64,000 bases of DNA from Azolla caroliniana (taxonomy: Eukaryota > Plantae > Polypodiophyta): the NCBI GenBank assembly GCA_043228905.1, contig JBHGNT010000007.1, forward strand, positions 14,260,001 through 14,324,000, written 5' to 3'. Of the stretch, positions 48,015-60,800 are shown one piece after another (positions within the stretch are counted from its first letter, which is position 1; the number at the start of each line of letters is the position of its first letter). Made by a program: the position numbers and the translations under genes. The notes beneath the pieces are model-generated. The model saw only the letters and a program-made list of their open reading frames with translations, did not search any database and had not been told where the DNA came from.

Positions 48015-48727
48015 GTAAAACAAAAATGGTATCAAGTAAAGAACATTTAAAAGTGTCTAATGCATCTCAATCATGTCATAGATCTATAAAAAGGTCATCT
48101 AGCTTGAGGGGGCTGAATGTGAACTTCATTCACACAACCCTGATAAATTCCCTAGTAGAGAATACTTGTGATGTTGAAGTCACTAGATGGAATGCCATAT
48201 ATGGATTTGAGTTTTTGAAATTTTTGGGAGACATGGTTGATAATGGGGATGCAACAATACGAGTTCATGTTCTTCTCAGATCTATGCAATCTCTAGTAGG
48301 ATTTTCCTTTCCTTTTTGTGGGTATGATAAACATACATGGGTAGCCGCGGATGTTCAATTGGCCGTTAGACAACAAACATTATATTTTGCAAAATATGTT
48401 AATTGTGACAATTTTGGGGAAGAATTATTAAGGGGACTTGAGGGAGCAACTATGCAACTTTTGCCAGTGTCTGATGTGATGGGGCGGAGGCAGGTGGTTG
48501 TTGCCTTAGACTCTAAGATCCTTCCAAATTGTGGATATACCTATATTCATGAAGATGGGTTATCGGAAGGGCAAGTATTAGCTAAAGCTCATCATCATTA
48601 TAGAATGGTACGTGATGCGATACCCTTATTAGGTTTAATAAGCAGTGAGCAAGATGGCAATGAGGTTACTCTGGAGCCATTAGTAAAAAACATGAAAATG
48701 GCGTCACAACAACCTAAATTTTCTTAA
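48015..48727 (+). pseudogene. LINE ORF1, downstream piece
   Basis: Open frame 48026-48727 follows the TSD and ends immediately before the ORF2 ATG. Confidence 0.65.
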
Positions 48728-51700
48728 ATGCGAGTGATGTTGTGGAATGTTCAGGGGTTAGGGGGCCCCTCATATAGACGAAATCAACAAATGTATAGTG
48801 GGTGGATCCCTAGATTTTCTTTTAATACAAGAACATCATTTAAATACTTTTAGAATTTCTCATTACGGTTCGATTCTACCTGGAAACTGGGACATGTTTT
48901 GGTCTCCCGCAATAGGCAACACGGAAGTCCGGGGGGTTTGTATGGCTATTTCACAAATGTGGATGTCATCCATTATCCAAAAACAAGTGGTTATTCCGGG
49001 AAGGGCTCAATTTGTTATTATACAAGAGGAAGAGATTACATGGGGACTTTTAAATATATATACTCCCAATACTGCGTCGGCCAGGCAAAATTTTTGGAAA
49101 TATTTATTAAATAAATTTCCTTCTCTTGATCATTGGTGTATTGCTGGTGATTTTAATATGCTTGAGGATCCCATCGATAGAATGAGAGGTAGCTCAATCA
49201 CGATACATGGCCATGAATTAACAATGTGGGAACAATTGGTGTTTTCCTTACAAATGTTAGATGCTTGGCATGCTCCTTCCATGGTTCGTACAAACACCTC
49301 ACTTTTGTTTTCAAGATCAGATAGGCGAGTAAATGGTACTAATCTAGCTCGCTTGGATAGATTTTATTTATCTGGCAAATTTCTTTTAGCAACTGGTACG
49401 GTGTATATAATGCCAGGAACTACCTTTTCTGATCATGCTCAAATTATTCTTTCACTCTCAACTCAAAAGAATAAAGAATTTTTCAATCTGAAGATTCTTG
49501 AAAATCTGTTGTTAGACAATAGTTTTTCATTACAAGTGATTGATTTATGGTCACAAAAAGATGTTGAGCAAGAATCAATGACCATGGGGGTAGCTAATGG
49601 CTTACGAAGTATTTCAGAATTTTTCAGGTGTAAATCTCAGGAAAGGTTTCTTATGATGAAAGAAAAGGAGAAAAGGTCTTGTACTTCTCTTGTTTCTTTG
49701 CAACGGTTACAAGAACGTTATCCACACTGTACTTGGATTGTTGAGAAACTTGGGTCAGCAAAACAAGAACTTGTTGAACTATTAGAAAAGCATGCAAAAT
49801 TTCAATATCATCGTAGGACAACTAATTGGACTCAAACGGGTGACAAATGTACAATAGAGTTTTTTCATGCAATGAGACCTAATTATAATGTGGTTTCAAT
49901 CAAACAACTACAACATGAGAATGGGACCATCTCATCTAACCCTCAAGTAATGAGAGAAATAGCCACGTGATACTATTCTAACCTACTATCAACAGTTTCC
50001 TTCTTCGATGAAGAATTATTATGTCGGTCATATGTATGGAATAAGTTGAATTCAAGAATAACTTAGGATATGAATGTACGACTTCAGGATGTTCTTACAT
50101 GTCATGAATTGACTGAAGCACTTCAAGCTTTGCCTAAAAATTGTTGTCCAGGTGTGGATGGTATAACCCCAACATTCTTTATTAAATATTGGGACGTATT
50201 CAAAGGATATTTATGCACAACATTTCAGCAAATTCTTTGAGAGGGTAATATGCCTTCCCAGTTTACAGAAGGATTAATTTATCTTATCCCCAAATCAGAC
50301 GGTCCTTCACTTGACATCAAGAAATGGCGGCTGATTACACTACTAAATACGATGTATAAAATTTTAGCTAAAGCAATTAGTATACGATTTAGTACCATAA
50401 TACCTACAGTTATACATTCGACTCAAAAAGGATTCATTCAAGAAAGAAGTATTTTGGATAATGTGTACACATTTTGGGAATTTGTGGCCTTGGCAGCCAA
50501 ATCTAATCAAAAGTTGGCCATTGTTATGCTTGATTTTGAGAAGGCCTATGATTGTGTTGATTGGGAATTTTTACAAGGAGTATTGACTTGCTTTGGGTTC
50601 TCAAAAGAATGGATAAGAGGTATTTCGTCATTATATAATGCTGCACAAAGCCGAGTCTTGTTGACTGGAGATTATGGTCCTTTGTTTTATATTTCTTGAT
50701 CAGTTCATTAGGGTTGTCCATTGGCTCCCTTCCTGTTTCTGTTTTTTGTTGAGGCAATGATTTCTTTTTTGAATGGTGCTGATATTGGTATACGCGGACT
50801 ATGCATTCCACTCTCACATATAGAAGTAAGGGATGTTGAATTTGCAGATGACATTGCCCTATAGTTGAAAGGTTATTTGGAAAATTTGCAAAAAATAGAA
50901 GTGGCCATATCCACATTTTGTAAGGCTTTAGGTGCACTGGTTAATTGGAACAAGTCCTTTGCATTTTGGGTGGGAGATGTAAATCCTCCGTTATGGAATC
51001 CACATCCGCAATTTCGATGGATACCATCAGGTTGCCTAGTTCGGTACCTAGGATGTACTATAGGTATTGATCTTTCGATGGAAAGTCAAGTGGCTCCCCT
51101 CCTATTGTCGTTGAGGCAAAAATTGTTATTATGGAGTTCAGCCAAGTTGTCTTTTGCTGGTCGGATTGTAGTTGCCAATCAGGTTTTATTGGCTTCAACA
51201 TGGTATGTTTTGTCATGTTGGATATTCTCCAAGTCATGTATTCTGAAAATACGCAGATTGATTCACAATTTTCTATGCTTTGGCAAATTGGAAGGCAATG
51301 CTTAGTCTAAAGTAAAATGGGATGTTATTACCTTACCTCACTCTAAAGGGGGACTAGGTATTATTGATTCAGTAGACCAATCAAGAGAATTATTAAGTAA
51401 GTTGCTCATTAGAGGATTTACACCGGGGAAAGAGATATGGAAAGTACTATTGCTTGATCGCTATTCAGATTGCTCTCCTCGATTAGGTGCCCCCTGCTCT
51501 AAGGATGTAAATTGGATATTCAAGGAAAATTTCAGAGTACCTGTAGCTAACAAGTGGGAAGACAAGTTTATTAGAACATTATTTTCAGCATGGAAACATG
51601 TATTACCTAGTTTGCTTCACAATAAACCTAAACCCAAACATTATCTTGAGTATCTCAGACAAAGGATAGTCTAGAATCCGTTGTTTACAACATCAGATGG

Positions 51701-53069
51701 TGTAGTGTTGGGTTCTAGACAATGATTATCGTGGGGAAAAATGGCAGAAGGTCCTACAAAAACAGTTCAGACATGGCAACGTTTTTTATCACATTCATGG
51801 GAAGAACAAAAAGAAATCCTAGGTAGTATGCATGGTGGTCAAATAATGTATCAACAAATTCAAGATGCTATGAGTAGATTCCCCATTCCACCCAATAACT
51901 CTAACCACACATGGGTTGGAGTTTATTCAAGATTGGAAGTACTCTTGGCTATTAAGGGATATTCAGATGATAAGACCTACCGATCTTTTGAGGTAGATGA
52001 AGCAAATCAATTGACACAGTCAGGGGAAATGAGGATAAATTACCCTTATGCTATGGAACACAAGATAAGAGTCATCGGATACGCTGATTGGAAATGGTAC
52101 ATTGATCCAATGATTGAGGAAATAAAGACACATTGGAAGTTGTGGGTGTTGGCTAAAAAACCAGTATTCAGATTATAATGGGATCCAATTGATTATCGGT
52201 GGACAGATCCTTTTACGGGCAACAAGTTTAATTTCTTCCAATATTCTGTACAGTTAGGAAGACATGTGCTTTCAGATACACGAGATGTGATACTGACTGC
52301 ATTTCAATATTGGAATCAACAAGGTATTATTCCCCAATTCCTTGCAAATTTTTGGGTGGTATTATGGGCAAGAAAACAACCGCATCAAATATTGCATGTA
52401 CAGTGGTTACTTGTACACCGAGCCTTGCCGGTTGGCACATGGCTGCATAGGATGGGAGTAGATTCTACCTGTGCACGATGCCATTTACAAATGGAAACTC
52501 AAAAACATTGCTTATGGGAATGTACTAAGTCTCAACTGATATGGCAACATCTCCTTAGAAATTTTGCTAACTATTTCCCCCCATTGGTTTTCACTTGGGG
52601 CATGGTGGTTTGGACATCTCTTATCCGTGATGCATTTATTTATGACATCGAATATATGGACCATGGATTTTACACTAAATCTGGAAGTGTTCATACAATA
52701 CCATTGTTGTCATTACAATTTATAGGAACAGGAAAGGAAGTCCAACCAGTATGGGAGTTATTGAGTAGTACCACTATATATCATATTTGGAAGTTTAGGT
52801 GCTCTCTTATTTTCCATTAGCTGAAAACACCACTGGTCGAATTGGTTTCAAATATTTGGTTAGACATAGTTCATACTTTCAAGGGACAATGGGATGGTAT
52901 TGTTGGAGATTCTGATGCTAAAATTGCTCAACGACATGAGTTTATCACTATATGGAAAGCTAATCCATTCATGAACTGTGGTACTCCTTATTGGCATTTT
53001 CAACCTCCGAAATGGTTGTTTCCCCCCCTAATCAGATACAATTTAAATCTTGTAAAATGGTTACACTAA
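48728..53069 (+). pseudogene. LINE ORF2 (APE endonuclease, reverse transcriptase, zf-RVT-like), decayed
   Basis: Motifs include MRVMLWNVQGLGG, LIQEHH, AGDFN, RLDRFY, SDH, PGVDG, WRLITLLNTMYKILAK, LDFEKAYD, (Q)GCPLAP, FADD, YLG and CARC..ETQKHCLWEC. Confidence 0.92.
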
Positions 53070-53099
53070 TGACAGGATATCTTCATAAAAAAAAAAAAC

Positions 53100-55340
53100 C
53101 ATAAGTATGAATATACGTGTAGCAATGTATGAATGAATATATGCATGTCCATGTATGAATGTACATATGTGTATGTATATTTGTGCATATATATGTGTGT
53201 GGATGTTTGTTTGTAATATGTATGTATGTGTATGTATAATATATATATACATATACATATGTGTGTATATATCTAATATATATATGTATGTGTATGTACA
53301 TGTAGCAATGTATAAAAGACTAATAATATGTATGTCCATGTACAGATGTACATATGTGTATGCATATATGCATATGTCATGTATGTATGTATGTATGTAT
53401 GTGTATGCATATATGCATATGTAAATGTACATGATTCAATGTGTATGGATGTGTGATTGTAATATGTGCATAATATCTATGTATGTATCTAATGTATATA
53501 TGTGTATGTATATGTAGCAATGTATAAATAAATATATGTATGTCCATGTACGAATGTACATATGTGTATGCATATATCCATATGTAGTGTATGTATGTAT
53601 ATATACATGCATTCATGCATACATGCATGCATGCATGTATGCATGTATGCATGTATGTATGTGTATGCATATATCCATATGACAATGTACATGATTCAAT
53701 GTGTATGGATGTGTGATTGTAATATGTGCATAATATTTATGTATATATCTAATGTATGTATATGTAGCATTGTATAAATGAATATAGGTATGTCCATGTA
53801 TGAATGTACATATGTGTATGCATATGTAATGTATGTATGTGTATGCATATATGCATATGTCAATGTACATGATTCAATGTATATGAATGTGTGATTGTAA
53901 TATATGCACATGCAATGTATGTATGTATGTAAATGCATGAATGTACATATGTGTATGTATGCATGTGTAACAGTGTATGCATATAGATAGGATATCTTTT
54001 AATAATAATAATAATAATAATAATAAAACAGTGTATGCATATATGCATACATGAGTGTGTGGATGTTTGTTTGTAATATTTATGTATGTGTATGTATATA
54101 TGTATGTACATATGTAATGTATGTATGTATGTGTATGTAATGTATTTATGTGTATGGATGTATGTTTGTAAAACTAATAACATTGTAGGCATATGTACGT
54201 ATATATACGGTGATATGTGGAATATGTATGTACATATGTAATGTATGTATGTGTATGCATATATGTATATGTCAATATACATGATTCAATGAGTATGAAT
54301 GTGTTTGTAATATGTGCATAATATGTATGTATATATCCAATGTATGTATGTGTATGTATATGTGTGTGTGTGTGTGTATGTGGTCATATGTATGTAAATG
54401 TATGAATGTATGCATGTGTATATATGTAATGTATTTATGTATGTATATTTTTGGGATATTTTCATGTTTAGTATGTATATGGATGTATGTTTGTAATATG
54501 TACGTGATATGCATGTATATATCCATTGTATGTGTAAGTATACATATATCTAATGTGTGTGTGTGTATACATGTAAGTATTGTGGTTTGTATGGTCCAAT
54601 ATAATCTATATATATATGGTGATATGTGGAATATGTATGTACATATGTAATATATCTATGTATGTATCTATATATGTATATATGTAATTTATGTCTGTGT
54701 AAATTTGTATGTATCTACATATGTATATATGTAATTTATGTATTCTGTAATAGGTATGGATTATTTGCTATGTAATATCTAATTAATTTATGCGTGTGTA
54801 TACATGTATATATATGTAATATATGTAACTTGTTTGTAAATATAAAGATTTGTATACATATAATATGTAATCTTAGGTATTAATATGTATGTGTTTGTGT
54901 ACATATACAATATGTAATTTAATTTTTTGTGTTTTGTATGTATATATGCATTTGTGTATGTATATATGTAATATGTAATTTTATTGTATGTATTATGTAC
55001 ATATACATATATGTATGTCAATACATATATATGTTTTTACTTTCAATGAATGGGTAAATACCCCATTTTTGTTGTAAACCAATTGTCTCATGGGCCAATT
55101 TTGGTCTTAGAAGACATTAATATTTATTTATTTCTTTCAATATATATGACTGATTCTAATATGCATGTTGTATGTAATGCATGTATGTATGTGTATGTAC
55201 ATATTTACATATGGTAATATATATTTGTACATATATTTATGTTTAGTCAATATGTATGTATAAATTGGTGTAATGTATGTATATACATATTCATGGATGT
55301 AATGTTTGAATGTAGGTATATATGGATGCATGCATGCATG
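53100..55340. repeat. TATG/TGTA-rich low-complexity satellite with larger degenerate units
   Basis: The AATGTACATGATTCAATGTGTATGGATGTGTGATTGTAATATGTGCATAATAT motif recurs at ~53424, 53684, 53863 and 54274. Confidence 0.9.
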
Positions 55341-55574
55341 TATATGTATGTATATATGCTACTCCAAATTTGAGTATTGTTTGCATAATATATTCTTTAC
55401 TATCTCATTGAAATATCTAATATTTCATGGGCTTATGTAAATTTTTATCCAACATAATTGAAAATAGCCTTATGTAAATATATTTTCAAATCTTTATTAA
55501 TACCCTTATGTATCTCACTGATTAATTTAAACCCCTTTTGATAAACTCACGTGCTATCATACAAGTTTTGACAG

Positions 55575-56919
55575 TGAAGCCCCCAGGCGCATTCTCTCGA
55601 TTTCAACTTAGTCTCCCACACTATTGATTCCGTTGAGGCTGATTCCACCTTGGTTGCTTCAGTGCCCGTTGTGTCATGGGACGTTTCTATTCCTGTCACC
55701 AATTTGCCCGCAAGATATAGCGACTTTTTGGATGCGTTCGAAAAGAGAAATGCAGATCAAGTATCGGCACATCGCCCCTATGATTGCCCAATAGAACTCC
55801 AAGATGGTGCGCATCCATCATTTGGGCCCATCTATGGGCTATCTTAACCTGAACTTGAAGCTCTTCGCACATATCTGGATGAAAACCTCGTTAAGGGGAT
55901 TATTTCGGGGTCTTAATAAAACCCTCCAGATCACCGGCTGAGGCCCCAATCTTATTTGTCAAGTAGGATGGCTCATTATGATTGTCGGGGTCTCAACAAA
56001 ATTACGATGCATAATCATTATCCCTTGCCCTTAATTCCAACACTCCTCGATCGACTCTGAACCAGGTGTTTGAACCGGTTGTATCTTCTCCAAAATCGAC
56101 CTTCGAGGAGCCTACAATCTGATGCGCATCAAGCCTATGGACATTTTGAGTACAAGGTGATGCCTTTCGGTCTCACCAACGCCCCGACAGTCTTCCAACA
56201 CACGATGAACAATATATTTTGGGAGTATCTCGTTCACTTCGTGGTAATCTACCTTGACGACATCCTAGTTTTTTCTTCCAACATAGAAGAGCACACACAC
56301 CACGTCTGACTCGTTCTAACCAAACAGTCTTCGGGAACATGGGCTTTATGCCAAAAATGAGAAACATGAATTCAATCGGACCTCTATCGAATTCCTAGCC
56401 TATGTGATCTCACCCTCTGGGATCACAATGGATGCACACAAGGTAGTGGCAATCACCGATTGGCCTATCCCTACTTGGCTTAAAGAGTTACAATCATTTC
56501 TTGGTTTCACAAATTTCTATCGATGATTTATCAACGGGTTTTCCTCCTTAGTGAAACCTCTAATCGTACTTACTAGAAAAGATGGTCCATTTCTTTGGAC
56601 CCCCGCGAAACAAAGTGCTTTTGATGCCCTCAAGGAAGCTTTTCTCATAGCCCTAATGTTGGTCCACCCCGACCCCACGAGACCCTTCTAGGTTGAAACC
56701 AATGCATCCAACTTTGCCATTGGAGTTGTGTTGTCCCAACCAGATGGCGTTGGCACACCACATCCTATCGTCTTCTACTCCAAGAAGTTTACAGCCCTAG
56801 AAATCAATTATCCGATATACAACAAGGAGATTGCAACTACCATCTCTACCTTCGCCGAATGGTGACCCTATTTGGTCAGGGCCCAACATCGTATCCAGGT
56901 GTTGACTGACAACAAGAAT
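55575..56919 (+). pseudogene. Ty3/gypsy chromovirus-type (Tcn1-like) RT-RNase H fragment
   Basis: Motifs include [84 protein letters not shown] and ETNASNFAIG. The fragment is cut at TDNKN by element E. Confidence 0.85.
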
Positions 56920-57773
56920 TGTTGACCGGCAAAGACTTAAAAGCCGGATAAAGTCCAGAATGGGAAAGGGATAATTATTTTAGAACCAGGAGTTGTTATC
57001 TATAATTATTATATTTTGAGAAGCGAACAGACGGACCCGGAATCGGTATGCCAATCCGGATCCGGACCGGTTCGTGGCCGGTTGCCGGTTGGCACCGGTT
57101 CGTAACCCAGAGCCGGTGACCTATAAAAGGACCCGATTAGATTGTAATCAGAGAGCGATTTATTAATGAAAGTGTTGTTGTTCTACATCTTGTTTAATCT
57201 TTGAAGCTTTAGTTAATTACCGTTCCGTGCTTAATAGAATCTATCTTACGCGTGTATTATGATCCTTAACCATGCCGGTTAGTAGCCGGTTAGGAATACG
57301 TTTGTATCATGGTCTACGCCTACCCCACTTGCACCACCCTTTGGTGAAGTGTCTTAGAGGGACACCTTGTGTTAGGGCTAGTCCTGCTCCAAGGAGTAAC
57401 ACAGTTTTTGGCGACCACGATTCCTGCTCAAGCGAAGTGAACAACGGGGGGCATGGATGACTAGACCAACGAATGACCTAGTAACGGAGCGAAAGACTGC
57501 GGAAGTGCGAAGCGTACCACCAGGCGGCAGAAGAAATCCGCGCAGATCAATCCTTTTCAAAGGTGATCCAACGAGTGGCCGTGGAGTCACTCCGTTTGCA
57601 ACAAAATTCCCATCCAGACGAAGGAAGCAGTTTAAGTAGTCTGAAGGAAGCGGAATCCATCCTGCAGGCATTAGCAGCGGGAGAAGGCAATTCAGAACCA
57701 TTTTCGGCGTTTGAATCGGATTTAGACGACGAGTGCAACGCACATTCGAATTACTGCAGCAGTCACGACACCC

Positions 57774-57830
<57 letters not shown>

Positions 57831-60800
57831 GAACATAGATAAAAGATAGAGACAATGTATGATTCAAGAAAGAAGATTTAGACAAAATATGATTCTAGAA
57901 ACAAGAGTATATGATATAAACATGATGTATATTAAAAATATAATATTTTACCAACCTTACAATCCTTGATCGCAAACTGAACACATTCTCTATCGACCCT
58001 TGATTTGAACCCACGACATCAACTTCGAAACGAGAGGTTCTCCATCCAATGAGCTAGTCTTCTTTACTTGATTGTATTATTTTCTCACTCTCTCTTGATT
58101 GATTACCCTATTTTCCCCTTGATCCATCCCTTAATTCCTTGCCTCTCTTTATAGGTTCTCTCATGCATATGATGATATGGGGGTGCATGGCATGCATGTG
58201 ATGCATGATTGCCATTTGGCGCACATGCTTTACATGTGATGCATGATAGCCATCATGCTCATCTAAGCTCTAATGTATGAAGATACACATGCCATAAGTA
58301 TTGTGATAAAAATATAACTATAGAAAATAACTTATCCTAATGGTATATGCTTCATCCTTGGTGTGTGAGGTTACAGGTTCAAGTCTCTCAAATGTCACTT
58401 AATACAATATTCAAGTTTATTTTTATATCGTGAAGCAAATCCTTCACGACACCCACCCCCTCTGAACTTGCACACTGGTTGTGCAAAGTTCATCCAAAGT
58501 CTTGGAAAAACTCTTCATTCCGTTTCTGAACTGGATGTCCCCTCAAGCATTCTTTGTTTCTTTCATGGTTAGGCGTCATGGTTAAGATACGGCCCCTCTT
58601 CCTTCCATCCCGACTCTTGATCCTCGCGAAAGTTGAATCATCATTAATCACAGTTGTTTCCATCCTTACTACGTTGATGTATGGTTCACCATCCTTTGCT
58701 TCCATACTCACTACGCTGATGTATGGTTGACCAAGGATGACAGGGTAGGTTGATCCATCTTGCACATAGTAATTTTCATCCACCGACACATCTCCCATTG
58801 TTTCTTTCACACAGGGACATGCTCCGAATTGATCCTCCATCATCTCTGTTGTAACTCTTTTCTTCGACCCATGATTCTTATCGATTGGCCACCTTCCTTG
58901 AGCACAACATTCCGACGACATCATGTTAATTTGTGATCCATGATCTATCAAAGCAATACAAGGAATCTGTTGCTCCGTAATTTTTGTAGGTGCCTTCGTT
59001 GTTGCTTGAGCCCAATGGTTCTTTGTATAATGACTCCTATCCCCTTCATGAATCCCAACATCATTTATCTTCTTTACACCTACAATATTGATGGATTCAT
59101 GATCCAAATCTTGGAGACTTGTTGCTGCACATTCTCTCGTAACTTCTTCCATGACATGTTTTATATCCGTCGTGGCTTATGTGTCCGAAGCAAGCTTAAA
59201 AGTTGGGTCTGTCTTCCCTTTGACTTTATTAGCTTCTTTTAACTCAAGAGCATCCTTTTCCATCTCTCTTCTCTGAAGTTGTTTTTCTGTCTCATATTTC
59301 TTTGCCGAATCAGCCTCCTCAGCTCTCTTTCGCTTCTCTTCCACTAGTGCATCTTGTACATTCACTTGGGCAAATGCTGATAGTGTGTGTACTGGATCAT
59401 TCCATCCAGTGAAGTTCCGTATTTCATCACCCACGCTTTTTAATTCCTTCACTTGAACCTTCCCTTTTCTTGCATACTCCATCACACCTTGCCAAAAACC
59501 AGATCCACCATATGAGTCTTCTACACGCAACCCTAAGGTTGTCACGGATTGTATCGCTTGAGTCGTTTCTCTCTCAGCATCTTCCATTAGCTTTTTCATT
59601 CCACCTTTCCCGAAGTTGAGCTGGATTGGTTGTTGAGTCTTTGTCGAGTGAATCTTTCCATCTTGATAGTAGATTTTATCATGATTAAGAGCATCCCTAT
59701 GTTCTTGACAATCTTTCTTCTGGTGGTAGATACTATCACACCACATACACCTTCGCACCATTCCACCTCCTTGCCTTGATGAAGTCGACCTTTGTCCCGA
59801 TTCTATCTTCGTCACTTTGATTGACAAGTCTTTCATGCCTTTCACCAATTCGTGTAAGAGTGATTCTTCTACTTTCTTTTCTCCCGACTCATTCCCTGTT
59901 TCTTCATCATTTTTGTCGGGCAACTCCAAATATACCGACACTGGAACCGACGATAAAAGAACTGGAAGCTTCAGGAAGCCACGAGGCGGATCAACCTCCA
60001 ACACCGCCACGCGAGCCTCTGAAGGAGGAGGGAAGACCTTCAACACCGAAAAAAGAGGAGGAAAGACCTCCGACACCGCCTCCAAGAAAAGAGGAGGAAA
60101 AACCTCCGGCACCGCCTCCAATAGAAGAGGAGGAGAGACCGCCGTCACCACCAGCTCGAGTTCTGACACCGGACGACGATATTCCATTCCAATATTCCAG
60201 GTATCTGCATGATCCGGACGCGGAAGTCCATGTGTATGCATTTCTACAAACATGGGAAGCAAACCATGTGTCGCAACGCTTAAACGCCGCTGAAGCAGAA
60301 CTATCGAAGATTGCAAAGTTCGGCATGAATTTGGAAGGACCAGCCGTGCGATGGTGCTTGACATACCTTCCTGGCACCATCACTACGTTTGAGGACTTGA
60401 AAACCAGATTTTTACAATTCTTCCACAAGGAGGTGGATCGACGAGAGATGGTCGACCTATTCTACACCATACGCCAGGAACCTACGGAAACCATTCAACA
60501 ATTCGTAATCCAGTTCCAGCGGATGCGTAGCCAGCTAAGTCGGGCACCACTGGAAGCAGAGGCTAAAGCAATATTCCTAGCAGCACTCCGGGAACCCATG
60601 CATACGGTGTGCGCAATCATTGATTTCCACACTAGCACGATCGACCAGGTCATAGACTGGGTCAGGGAGATGGAGAAAACAAGCTCGTGGCTAACAATGG
60701 GGGCACTCTAGCGTGCATCACTGACATAAGAAGACCTACGTTTTTGGCAAGCTATACAATGGATGACTTGTCTCAATGCTGGGCACTCTGCAATAGAATG

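Larger units (their letters stand above)
20731..53098 (+). mobile_element. L1-type LINE, 5'-truncated and decayed, interrupted by the Copia A stack (21333-48014)
   Basis: An ORF1 zinc knuckle lies upstream of the insertion. The ORF1 remainder and ORF2 (APE, RT, zf) lie downstream, followed by poly(A) at 53087-53098. The insertion is flanked by TSD GTAAA. Confidence 0.85.

Noticed and set aside
53061-55331. Numerous ORFs rich in Y/I/H/T/M/C/V
   Set aside because: These are translation artefacts of TATG/CATA low-complexity DNA.
59177-60364. 395-aa minus-strand ORF as a single gene
   Set aside because: It is chimeric: the N-terminal part is the antisense of E gag, and only the part below ~59915 is F gag.
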